From Asterionella formosa (taxonomy: Eukaryota), in contig NKIB01015318.1 in NCBI GenBank assembly GCA_002256025.1, forward strand, positions 1 through 36,567: 36,567 nucleotides of DNA, in the 5' to 3' direction. The stretch's first letter is position 1; the number at the start of each line of letters is the position of its first letter. Shown here in pieces: positions 1-10,347 of this stretch. Position numbers and translations under genes: made by a program. Under the pieces are notes generated by a model. The model worked only from the letters and a program-made list of their open reading frames with translations. It made no database searches and had not been told where the DNA came from.

Positions 1-140
1 TCATAGAGGCAATACCACAGTCTACACGAAGCTGGAGGAAACAGCAAGCAGAGGAACAACAAAGGGCAGAACACGGCAATTGTAAACTCTCATTTCAATA
101 GCCTCGATATACGATTGCCATTGCCCATCCACTTGCATGG

Positions 141-175
141 TATATAAATACTGGATACAAAAGGCAACGATCAGT
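141..175 (+). promoter_or_regulatory. Putative TATA box and initiator of the HMG-box gene
   Basis: TATATAAATA at 141-150 and Inr-like TCAGT at 171-175, 30 nt apart and upstream of ATG 290. Confidence 0.55.
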
Positions 176-289
176 AAATACAGAAATCATACATCTGTAA
201 CCCTCTCACTCTTTAGAAAAATCCAGTGTCACATAAATAATCCGGAATCACCGACCCATACAAACTTGTCTTTTGCTTCAGCAGCCATC

Positions 290-1366
290 ATGGAACCTGT
301 ACCCCAAGTTCAGCAGCAACAAATCGGCGATTCCTGTCCCAACCTTCAAAACCCTGGTAGTTTTGCTCAAAAGCAACAGCCAACAAACCTAAAGGACAAG
401 GCAAGCGAGGACCTTGCTGAACAACCCATAGCCGTCGCTCAACAACAGCAGCCCGTTCCTACAGAGGCACTTTTGCAGAATGGCCATGTCAACCAAGATC
501 AGCAAGGAGGGGATGGTCAAAATCAAAGCGACCAGTCATCCATCTCACGGAGGATCCTGCTGGAAGACGAGAAACGCCGCCTTATGTACATGCAAGCGGC
601 CCAACAGCGCTCTGCCATGATGATGCCGGCTTCTCAGTATGGAATGCCACCACCTGGTTTTGCAATGGCACCTGCCCAAGCCATGCAGTTACAGGCTATG
701 AACGCTCGCTTCATGATACCACAAAGTTTCAATGGAATGCAAATGAATCCTCAAATGTTCTTCCCAGTTCCTCCTGGCTCTCAGCAACAACAACAACAAG
801 GGGCTATGCAATCTGCTCAAATGATGATGCCTCAGATGATGATGGCTCCTCCACATATGATGATGGCCCCAAATCAAGCCATGATGATGCAAGGCCAATT
901 CGACCCCACAATGGGAGGCTTTTTTGCCCCGTCCATGGCACAAGCAGTCCATCTCGCAAATCCAGAGGGGGTTAAGGATGCCGAGGATGACGGCAAGAAA
1001 TCGCCTGCACCTGATATGCCGATTCGACCTCTCTCGGCATATAACTTTTTTTTCAGTGACGAGCGCGAAAGGGTCCTCTTAGAAGAGAAAGGCGAAGACA
1101 TCCCAGAAGAAGCTGTCGGTAACAAGAAAAAGCGACTTTTGAATCAACATTTGCTAAAAGACCGAACCAAGAGACGGCCTCACCGGAAGACACATGGTAC
1201 TATTGGGTTTACGTCTCTTAGCAAGCTAATTGGAAAGCGTTGGAGAGAATTACCTGAAGAGAAGAAGCAATATTATAGGGAAATTGCTACCTTGGATATG
1301 GATCGTTATCAAAGGAGTGTAGCTGAGTACAACAATGACCGGCTCAATAAAAAGGTCAAGCGTTAG
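290..1366 (+). CDS. HMG-box transcription factor with Q/M/P-rich low-complexity N-terminus
   Basis: C-terminal PIRPLSAYNFFF...RPHRKTHGTIGFTSLSKLIGKRWRELPEEKKQYYREIATLDMDRY is an HMG box with a long helix1-helix2 insert. Start placed at ATG 290 (MEPVPQ, context GCCATCATGG) because the ORF-track ATG at 137 lies upstream of the TATA box. Confidence 0.85.
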   Translation: MEPVPQVQQQQIGDSCPNLQNPGSFAQKQQPTNLKDKASEDLAEQPIAVAQQQQPVPTEALLQNGHVNQDQQGGDGQNQSDQSSISRRILLEDEKRRLMYMQAAQQRSAMMMPASQYGMPPPGFAMAPAQAMQLQAMNARFMIPQSFNGMQMNPQMFFPVPPGSQQQQQQGAMQSAQMMMPQMMMAPPHMMMAPNQAMMMQGQFDPTMGGFFAPSMAQAVHLANPEGVKDAEDDGKKSPAPDMPIRPLSAYNFFFSDERERVLLEEKGEDIPEEAVGNKKKRLLNQHLLKDRTKRRPHRKTHGTIGFTSLSKLIGKRWRELPEEKKQYYREIATLDMDRYQRSVAEYNNDRLNKKVKR

Positions 1367-2053
1367 GTTAGGATGGGGAAGCAAAAATGGGGAAAGCAAT
1401 AGCACTGAAGCAGTCAGTCTGTAGTTTTTCCGACAATGAACTCTATTACTATTCTTTCTTTGCTTCCTTGGATCAGAGATGGACTAAATAATGGGCGTGC
1501 TTGGAGATTAAAAATATATTATTGCATGTGTATTATAACCTAAATTTTTGTACTCAAAATCCCAAAATTTTTGTTTGTGTTGACCAAATTTGGTAACTTG
1601 TATCCATTCAAATTTATATTCTGTACTTGAGAGTTCTCAACACATTTGACATACCACTATGCTTCTGTCCATGAATATCTTTGGAGGAAAGAAAAAGAAG
1701 CTGGGTAATTGTATCTCAAATGCAATGTATTTTGGTCTTCGTTAGTCACCATACATTCTTTGATATACTTGTTGCAAAGTGCAAGAAGGTGGACTCAGGC
1801 ATTGTACTGCTCCACCACAAACATTTTGGAATGGAGCAGCTATATCATCAAACTTTGCTACTCTTTCCATTTACTACTGTATGTTCATAATTATATTCTA
1901 GCATTTATTATCTTCTCTAGTTTTGAGTTTCATCATAATTCTCATGGTCCATTCCTCCACCTCAGATCAAATGTCCAATGTATTTCACTTAGTAATAGCA
2001 AGTTAATTGCTGGTGCTGATGGCAACACCAAGAATGTTAAAACAGTAAATACT

Positions 2054-2262
2054 CAATGAAAATGAGTGCCCTTGCAGAGCCATTGACACATTCTATTAGT
2101 CCAAATGTTTACAATGCTCGAACCGGTGCTGGATCTGTGAGATCATGGCAAGGAACAAAGAAAAGTGAAGGTCAGTTAAGGCCATTGTCATGGAAAAACA
2201 AGTATTTTTGCCCGAAATTTAGGGTTAGGGTTATCTTTTGTACTAGGTCTACATGAGCCTAC
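2054..2262 (+). repeat. Dispersed repeat containing (TTAGGG)2, uninterrupted copy
   Basis: Colinear with 23102-23126 plus 29371-29580. Examples: CTCGAACCGGTGCTGGATCTGTGAGATCATGGCAAGGAAC vs CTCGACCCGGCAATGGATCCGCGAGATCACGGGAAGGAAC, and AGGGTTAGGGTTATCTTTTGTACTAGGTCTACA vs AGGGTTAGGGTTATCCTTTGTATTAGGTCTACA. Confidence 0.8.
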
Positions 2263-2904
2263 CCAATGTTCTCAATCAAACTTTGCACCAAAAAAGCCAT
2301 ACCGGTACACGTTTCAAGGACTAGATGACACACGATAGTAAAAAAATGTTCGAGTTTGTACATGTGCGTCGTTCGTGATGTGCTCCATGTGCACCAGGCG
2401 ATGAGAATTTTTTTACTCATGCGGGACATAGGTGCGGTAATTGCGACATCTGCGCGCTTTTTTGGTTTCAGCCCGCCTGCCGCAGGGCTTTGAAACTACC
2501 AGGTACGATACCTTCCTGTCTATGTACATACCGGTACCGGTAGTATAGCACTGTACACGTGAGTCGTCGTCCTCATGGTGACGCAGCCGATTTGAATGCT
2601 TCACACCATCGTCCAACATACCGTATGTGTTAGCGATTCGGTACCAGGTACCCTGGTACCTGGTACCTATTCTTATTGTTGTGTTGTTGGCAGCTTGTTT
2701 TTTAAATCCGAGTGGCGTAGCATGTAGAGTGTAATAGGTACCAGGTACCGGTACCCTGGTACCAGTACCAAGACTCCACAACGCATATCGCGGCCGTTGC
2801 TCCAGCTTCGATCTGCTTACTCCTACTTCGAAAGTGTTACCGGGACATGATATTGCATTGACAACTATAGAGTCAAGAGATCGACCACCGACAAGACAAC
2901 AACA

Positions 2905-4656
2905 ATGAGAGCCCTTGTCGAACGACGAAGGTCCCGATCCATGAAACCTCGTCTTTTTCCGGGAAAGGAGCAGAAAGCCTCCATCCGACAAGCGGTATCC
3001 GCACCAATGCCAGAAGACAATCAAATCGGTAGAGAACTCGCTTTGCAAGAAGGAACTCCAGAATCAGCTGGCGATGCGACCGTGCTTTACGGAACTTTCG
3101 AAGATGATGAAGACCGAAAGGAGGGACTCGTATCAGAGTCGCCGCAGAGGCAAGGAACAAACAATTCCTACCAGAGGGACAAAACAGATATCCATCAATC
3201 ACTCGAGCTATGGATTCGACATGGTAATGCCCTAGTTCATTCAAAAGAAATGTCAACATTCCTGCTATCGAGCCGAGATGTTTTTGTGCACTCAACTGGG
3301 ATGGCCCTGAATATTGCCTGTCTACCTGTTACCATCCCATTGCATGTCATTTCCTCTGCAACTGGGTTTGTGGCTGCTACGTGCACAAACGTTGTTACGT
3401 CCACTGCTTCGATTGTCGATCGTGCCTTGCATGCTACTGCCACTGGCGGACAAGATACGGCATCGTTTTCACTCATCGATGGGCTGATTCATCATATGAC
3501 AAATGCACTACCTATTGCACTTCATGTTGTGTGTCAAGTCAAGGACAATGTCGGCGGGACAATTTTGGGTTTGATGACTCCGATATTCGGTGGAAATAGC
3601 GAAGTACAGTCGGAATCAAATCAGCAAGAATCTCAGCATCGATACGCGTACAGTGCCGGTCAACCTTCGTCTGAACAGCTATCCTTTCTCGATCGACTTC
3701 GTCTAGAGTCTCCACTAACGATTCAAGAATCAACAGAAGAGGATCATGAGGAGGAACAAGAACAACCGCATATTTCGCCATCTGACATAAGCAAGTATCT
3801 ATTGCGAGTAGGTGACCTTGGTGTAACACTGGGATCAGATCGAAGTAAGACAGTGTTATACATCGATTTGTCGGAAGAATTTTCCAACACTGAGCTTACT
3901 ACCAAAGTCTTGGAAAGTATGGCTACCACAGGACTGTCGCTGGTGAATACGTGTATTCATACAGCCATACACAAAGATGAAGATCCAGTATTTTCAATTG
4001 AGTGGAAGCCAGAGGGTTCGACTGGAAAGATCCTAAAGCGACAGTCTTCCTGCTTGTCAAAGGAAACCCTCATTTGGTCGGGCAAATTCACGTCATCAAA
4101 TGCTTTTCAATCAGAAATTCCTCTATTTCTCTCCAGGGGGATAGTCCCTGGAAGTCCCTTCGACTTTCTGGAGTTATTATGGGACAGCTCTCGTACCAGT
4201 GAATACAATCGCTTTTGTCTCGGTCGCATCAACTTGCTTGTCATCGAGCAGGGGCCGGAATCCCATTTTGTCCGCAATGATCAGGGCATTCGTGGCTCCA
4301 AGATCGTCAAAAGTCAAACCAAAGTGCCCTTTACTGGCATAAATGTTGTTCTTTCGACTTTGATGCACATGTGTCAACTAGAGGAAAATACATTTCTGAT
4401 TGTGAGCCGATCGCTCAACTCTGGACGAGCTGGTTATCACACGTCGACAAGGCATGTGCAAGAAGGAGGGAAAAGTGAGCTTTTGTGGGGTGTTAATCTC
4501 CTACGTCCTGTTCCTGGAAAGCCAAACATGACCGACCTTACCAGCGTTAGTCATGTTAGCTCGTCGCTAGTGCCGCACTTCCTGGCAAGTCGGGTAGGTA
4601 TGATGGGCGTTGAGAGCGTTTTCGAAGCTTTTCGATCAAGAAACAAATTTGTATAA
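2905..4656 (+). CDS. START (lipid-binding) domain protein
   Basis: 583-aa ORF. The C-terminal half (SRGIVPGSPFDFLELLWDSSRTSEYNRFCLGR...FLIVSRS...SELLWGVNLLRPVPGKPNMTDLTSVSHVSSSLVP) fits a START/Bet v1-fold pattern. Moderately hydrophobic segment near aa 130-170. Confidence 0.72.
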   Translation: MRALVERRRSRSMKPRLFPGKEQKASIRQAVSAPMPEDNQIGRELALQEGTPESAGDATVLYGTFEDDEDRKEGLVSESPQRQGTNNSYQRDKTDIHQSLELWIRHGNALVHSKEMSTFLLSSRDVFVHSTGMALNIACLPVTIPLHVISSATGFVAATCTNVVTSTASIVDRALHATATGGQDTASFSLIDGLIHHMTNALPIALHVVCQVKDNVGGTILGLMTPIFGGNSEVQSESNQQESQHRYAYSAGQPSSEQLSFLDRLRLESPLTIQESTEEDHEEEQEQPHISPSDISKYLLRVGDLGVTLGSDRSKTVLYIDLSEEFSNTELTTKVLESMATTGLSLVNTCIHTAIHKDEDPVFSIEWKPEGSTGKILKRQSSCLSKETLIWSGKFTSSNAFQSEIPLFLSRGIVPGSPFDFLELLWDSSRTSEYNRFCLGRINLLVIEQGPESHFVRNDQGIRGSKIVKSQTKVPFTGINVVLSTLMHMCQLEENTFLIVSRSLNSGRAGYHTSTRHVQEGGKSELLWGVNLLRPVPGKPNMTDLTSVSHVSSSLVPHFLASRVGMMGVESVFEAFRSRNKFV

Positions 4657-4797
4657 CTACCGTAAAAGTCTAACGAATACTGAGCAGGATTAAATCTCTC
4701 TGATTGTATCATGGCGTCATGGTGCGTGACTCTCTACTACATGTTTGGCAAAAAAAGTCAGCTAAATGCCTCGTATGAAAGCTAAGGAAGATGATCG

Positions 4798-6121
4798 TTA
4801 CCCTTGCCACCGACCATCCACAATATTTCCAATGTGTTCTCCGATTGCGATGCTGCTAGTCAAACCTGGACTTTCAATTCCAAATAGATGAAACAGACCA
4901 GGAATCTTGTGAGATTCAGGACCGTCTATTTGAAAGTCAACAAAGCCGTTGGTTGTGATTACATTAGGATGGTGCAGTTTTGGGCGAATCCCTGCATAGT
5001 CAGGCACCAAGGAGTTGTCCGGTATGGCATTCCAGTATTTACGTACTTCGCTGTAGAATGCGTCTGCTCGATCAGGCGACGGTTTCAAATCAATGTCATC
5101 AGGTAGAGTGTCTGCATGTAACCACTCAACATCAGGACCGAACTTTGTTAAATTTCCTGAATAATCGATTGTGGCATGTAGTCCCAAACCATTTAGTTCA
5201 GGGACTGGATAGACAAGCCTCGAAAATGGAGATCCAACACCACTAAGTCTGAAATAATTGCCTTTGGCAAAGTATTGTCGAGGAGGTCTCCATTCACTGT
5301 GAAGCTTTTGTGCAATCTCGGAAGCCCACAAGCCAGCTGCATTGATTAATATATCACACTGTAGATCCATCCCATCTATAGTGAGTTGCAGTTTGCCTTG
5401 CTCCACACTACCGCCTTCTACGTGACTGTGCAGTGCCAACGTTGCACCGTTGCTTTCCGCGTCCGCCAGCAGTGAAACCATGAACGAATGAGAATCAATG
5501 ATTGCTGTCGAAGGACTCCACAAAGCTCCAACGGATGTCACGTTGGGCTCTAACTCTTGTACTTGTTCGGGAGTTAGAAACTCCAAGCGTACCCCATTCC
5601 CCGTAGCATGATCCTGTATCCTAGCTATTTCATTGCGTAGTTGTTCTTTTCGTGTAGCAACAATCAGCTTGCCACAGTTGTTGAAATGTATATTTCTCGA
5701 TTTACAATAATCGTAAATTGATAACTTCCCATTGATACAAAACTTGGATTTGAGCGAGTCTTTCGGATAGTATAGGCCTGCATGAATCACTTCAGAATTC
5801 CGCGATGACGTTTCTATGGTTGGAAAGGGACGGTAGGACGATGAGTGCATGTGCGTCAATTGATTGTTGCGTTTTTCATTTAAATTGTCGCGAGTTTCAT
5901 CAACAGCTATGCTGGTAACATGCCCGTTGAAGCAACGAATGTCTGGTATTTCCGGTACTATATACATTTGGTTCTCACTGACCTGAACCAATTCTTCCAG
6001 CTCGCTCGAGAATCAGCACTTCTTTTCCTCGCTGAGCCAGTGATCTTGCTATGGATAGGCCAATTACACCGGCACCAATCACCACGGCTTCCACTCGAGC
6101 GGCAGCGGCGGTATTCGCCAT
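4798..6121 (-). CDS. L2HGDH: L-2-hydroxyglutarate dehydrogenase (FAD-dependent); exons 6121-5983 and 5813-4798
   Basis: Exon 1 has the Rossmann motif VVIGAGVIGLSIA..LA..G.EVLILE. Splicing GT(5982)...AG(5814) restores IGSETSSRNSEVIHAGLYYP. Also INAAGL, KGNYF, LVYPVP, GLGLHAT, FGPDVEW, DYAGIRPK, LFGIESPGLTSS. Confidence 0.92.
5814..5982 (-). other. GT-AG spliceosomal intron (169 nt) in L2HGDH
   Basis: Donor CAG|GTCAGT and acceptor CATAG|AA; removal joins G+AA in frame to give the conserved ETSSRNS motif. Confidence 0.85.
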
Positions 6122-6496
6122 GATTTGTACAATGATTGTCACTTGATTGTCACTGGACTTCAATCCGGTGCGGAACAAAAGGATGGATCTGCATGTGCTA
6201 CGACTCGATTAATATGGTGAAAATGAATATTTCATATGTAGTGTCGTACATAGAATTTTCAAGAAGATTTGTGTGTACATACAGTAATATCGGAATACCG
6301 GTACCAGGTAGACTACCAGGTATACCGGTATATGCTATGATGTTCCTGCTACCAGGTAGGTACCGGTAGTCTAGTTGACCGGCAGTCGTATCTACATTCA
6401 CAGTATTTGATACAAGGTACCAGTACCAGGTACGGTAAATCGATGTACCGGTGAAGGTGCATACATAACATACAAGCTACGACGAATGTACCTGTG

Positions 6497-6584
6497 CAAG
6501 TTGCAGTCATCTTGCTTAAATAAACAATTTAATATCGGATAAAAAGAGCTAAAGTTTTAGTTTCATCATAATTACGGCAACTTG
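6497..6584. mobile_element. ~88-bp MITE-like element, copy 1
   Basis: Ends CAAGTTGC...GCAACTTG; colinear with the reverse complement of 34002-34088. Confidence 0.7.
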
Positions 6585-6912
6585 CTCTGGTACTCCCCTA
6601 CACATTTACCTAAAAGTAATAAGCTAAATATTTGTTTATATATTCTCCAAAAAAGGCAAGCAACACCAAGCAAAGCATCATGATGCCCGAGAATGTGCGT
6701 CTGTCCCCCTTCCTAAACGCATTCCCCGAAGCCACCTCATCGTCATGGATGCATCGCGCATCGTGAAACTCCTGACTCCTTTCTGAGAATGCAGGGGCAG
6801 ATGATTCTGTCATTCCACATTGCAAACATCACATGTAGTGGATGCAAAAACTCGCTTCCTCACATAAGAACAACACATTAATCCGGGACGAGAACTTGTG
6901 TCTACAGCTGTC

Positions 6913-8067
6913 ATGACATCTTTATTCCTATCGAAAGGACTGCCCCTGATATTCAGTGGAAACCAGAATGCTGCCGTCGGCAAGTGGATTCTTGGAACAG
7001 CAGGCGCTGTCGTGGGCATGGTTCACGTCGGTGGTCTAACTCGTCTCACAGGAAGTGGATTGTCGATGACCACTTGGCACCCCTTGGGTTCGAAACCTCC
7101 CATGACTGCTGAGGCATGGGAAGTTGAATTTGCTCGCTATAAACTCTTTCCCGAGTGGCAGCAGCGACAGAGCATGACGCTGAGCGACTTTAAGTATATA
7201 TACGCATGGGAATATGGACATCGAATGCTGGGACGTGGCGTCGGCCTCGTCTTTGTGCTGCCTTGGGCTTATTTTTCTATGCGAGGATTGATTCCGGCTG
7301 GATATCAGCCAAGAATGCTTGGATTGCTCTGCATGGGTGGAGGACAGGGACTGGTAGGATGGTGGATGGTAAAGAGTGGCCTCAGTGAGGATCGACGGGG
7401 TGACACGCGAGAGATCAGAGTCAAGCCATATAGACTGGCAACGCATTTGAGCATGGCTTTTGCTACATACGCAGCTTTGCTGTGGACTGGATGGGATATT
7501 CTAAGCCTGCAACAATCACAGCATTTAAAGGAAGGTCTGGTCAGCATTAGCAAGGATGCACTAAAGCACGCCTCTCGATTGCGCGTTGGAAGTATCGCCA
7601 TTACTGCCGTTTCGGCCATCACAATAGTCAGTGGAGCCCTAGTAGCTGGTAATGACGCTGGTAGAGCATACAATACATATCCCAAGATGGACGGTGAATG
7701 GATTCCGCATGACATTTTGGCCTTATCTCCCTGGTCTCGGAACATTACTGAAAATACAGCCATGGTGCAATTTAACCACAGAATCTTGGGAACTGCAACA
7801 GCTGTGGGAGCTCTGGCCCTCTTTAGCATGGGTAAAGGTCACCTGCTGACACCACAGGCACGAAAGGGTCTATGGGCAATTGGATTGGCTTCCACAGGTC
7901 AAATGACTTTGGGTATTGTTACCTTGCTCAATCACGTACCCATTTCATTGGCAGCCGCCCATCAACTCGGAGCTGTGGTTGTGATGACATCTGGACTGTA
8001 TGTGTGCCACTCACTACGGTATGCCAAGCCTGCATTGATCCGAACAGCAAAAATGATTGTGAATTAG
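6913..8067 (+). CDS. COX15: Heme A synthase COX15
   Basis: VGGLTRLTGSGLSMTTW, WEYGHRMLGR, QGLVGWWMVKSGL, YRLATHL, GALVAGNDAGRAYNTYPKM, QFNHR, LAAAHQ. First ATG is at 6913 with an in-frame stop at 6865; an upstream exon cannot be excluded. Confidence 0.93.
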   Translation: MTSLFLSKGLPLIFSGNQNAAVGKWILGTAGAVVGMVHVGGLTRLTGSGLSMTTWHPLGSKPPMTAEAWEVEFARYKLFPEWQQRQSMTLSDFKYIYAWEYGHRMLGRGVGLVFVLPWAYFSMRGLIPAGYQPRMLGLLCMGGGQGLVGWWMVKSGLSEDRRGDTREIRVKPYRLATHLSMAFATYAALLWTGWDILSLQQSQHLKEGLVSISKDALKHASRLRVGSIAITAVSAITIVSGALVAGNDAGRAYNTYPKMDGEWIPHDILALSPWSRNITENTAMVQFNHRILGTATAVGALALFSMGKGHLLTPQARKGLWAIGLASTGQMTLGIVTLLNHVPISLAAAHQLGAVVVMTSGLYVCHSLRYAKPALIRTAKMIVN

Positions 8068-8315
8068 AAGCAATTTCCAGTGGCAAATAAACAATTTTTT
8101 GACTTGTACTTTACTACTTTGACTAACAGTATTGCATAGCTAAGTTAAAGTAAACAATTCTGTTAATTAAATCTTTATAATACATTAAAGCTATCCAATA
8201 ATTGAATTCATACCCACTTGAATGGAATCAATTTGTACCTGTCCGTATGGTACAACAGGAACTGTCTTTTGTCAACCGCACCTTCGGAACCCTAGGGACT
8301 ACATGAAAAGACGAT

Positions 8316-8378
8316 GGGAGAGTGCAGGAATCGAACCAGCCACTGCAGAAGGTGTGCTAGCCACTAAGCCATTCTCCC
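8316..8378 (-). pseudogene. tRNA-derived sequence (tRNA pseudogene or SINE head) with shortened anticodon arm
   Basis: Minus strand GGGAGAATGGCTTAGTGGCTAGCACACCTTCTGCAGTGGCTGGTTCGATTCCTGCACTCTCCC: A box TGGCTTAGTGG, B box GGTTCGATTCC, acceptor-like GGGAGA/TCTCCC; only 63 nt. Confidence 0.65.
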
Positions 8379-10347
8379 AGACTTATGCTTGCCATTTACA
8401 GAAAATCTAAGAAGTTGAGGTTTCTCTTCTGCACTACCTTTACTTTAAAGCATTGCTTTCTGAGTTTTTTACACATTGGTGGACAACCATATAAAAGATA
8501 AAAGTACTAAAGCCAAAAGGATAGTGATAGTTTTTTGACATTTATATTTCCTTCCCCTCTTGCTGAAACTTAGACACATTTTGGGCTTCAGAGCTCCATG
8601 CTAGTAGGCAGAAAAGTTTAGGCCTAAAAGTTTCCAAGATTCACCTTGATGATAGAATCATAGTTTTGAACAGCTGATGTAAACTCCAATTTTTTTCGGT
8701 ATTATGCTGACAAATGAATACTATTTTATGCAATACTCCCACTGCTAAGACCCTATCTAGTTCAGGTCGAGATCCCCCTTCAGAAAGCAATGTTCATCAC
8801 ATGTCTCATATAAAAATTCATGTTTCTAAGCTCTGTTGCAAGACCAAGGTACAACTCTGGCTGCTGGGGATTACTTTCCTTGCCCTCGTTATTCCTTCTT
8901 TTATGTATTCATGATCCATATAGGTAATAGTTTGTATGAAATACCAATAGGACTAGTACCGGCAATATATATTCATTACCTGGATGGCAGGCCTACCAGG
9001 TTATCCATACTTACTACTCCTACAAATAACAGACTGGTTGTCTATTGCTGGCATGTTGCTGCTGGTACTTGGGTACCAGCTACATACCATTGGTATGCCA
9101 CCATGCACTCAATACAATCAACACCATTGTTCTTCTTTGTACATTGTTCACACAACAATCAAATAATGATAGTAGAAAGTTGAACAAACAAAAACCAAAC
9201 AAGAATTGAGGTTTTACTTGTGATTACACGACTGTGGTCAACACCCATGGCCACACACACAAACTCAGAAGCCAACAAGCACTCACTCCAATCGTCTACA
9301 TTACAGTCATTTTACACACTTGATCAGTTTGTCAAAAACACAAGAGCCAACCAAAAGCAAACAATCGAACTTTAATTTTTGCTATCAACAAACCTTTTCT
9401 CCAAACAGAGAACATTATAAAAAAGATCAGATATGATCTACAATACACATCTGTGCATGCACTCAACCTAGTCAAGCAACTAATTTAACACCCATAACAA
9501 CTTAATTTCTATATGAATCAAACATGACTACATAGAATTTTAGCATGCCTTTGAAACTTGCAAGTGCTAATCTAAAGCTTCATTAACTCCCATACACAGA
9601 TGTCGCTTTTGTTAGCCAACTCAAATTGCCCATAGGCAATTTCTAATACCAGTACTGGTAGTCTATTACAAATTACCTGACTGCTCTATACTTTTGTCCC
9701 GCTTTTGGACTGGCGTGAGGATTGATGACAATGCATGTGAATTGTTCCCATGAATTCTCCGGTATAGGTTTTTGCTTGGATTGTTTACCGGTCGTGCGTA
9801 CTCTCGATTCAAGTCCATTTCTTTTCGATCTTGTGCCGTAATCGTGGAAAATATGCCAAGTAATAACGGTATATGCTACATACATGTCATTTACCAGTAT
9901 TATCTACCGGGCATATATGTACTGATGCTGATGGTACACACACCAGTATCATATAGAAGGCCATTTTTGATAAATAGTCGACGTGTAAGTATGATTGGTT
10001 CAGCTCAGCATTTTCTTGGCATGAAAAATGTCATGCAACACGGCGAAAGGAAATTGCTCCTGTTATTACTGCATCGTTCTTTTATGAACTTACAATCAAC
10101 TGGAACAATCAACAATAACGACAAAACTGATTTGTTATTATTGATTCTTTCCCGAACTCTTAACACAGCTTGCCTGGTATCCACCCAGAAGCTTATTATG
10201 TAACCATCCGAGATCACTCGCTGACAAGAAAGTTGAGTTACCAAACCAATGCTTCATCATCAACAATCAAAACATTTGCTACGACTGCAATACTTGTTCA
10301 CCCCAAAAAATACGCTGTTTCAAAGACTTTAAGGAGCAACTGATACA

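Noticed and set aside
137..289. N-terminal 51 aa of the ORF-track HMG protein
   Set aside because: The ATG precedes the TATA box, so this region is probably promoter and 5' UTR.
1500..2050. Short ORFs or possible transposase relic
   Set aside because: No recognisable motif; AT-rich decayed sequence.
5814..5991. N-terminus of the 397-aa ORF (MVQVSENQ...)
   Set aside because: It is intron read-through; the true N-terminus is in exon 6121-5983.
6296..6452. GTAC as a copper-response element regulating COX15
   Set aside because: CuRE needs SBP-domain factors of the green lineage, and the same arrays flank unrelated genes.
8316..8378. Functional tRNA gene
   Set aside because: Too short, no valid anticodon stem-loop, and a mismatch in the T stem.
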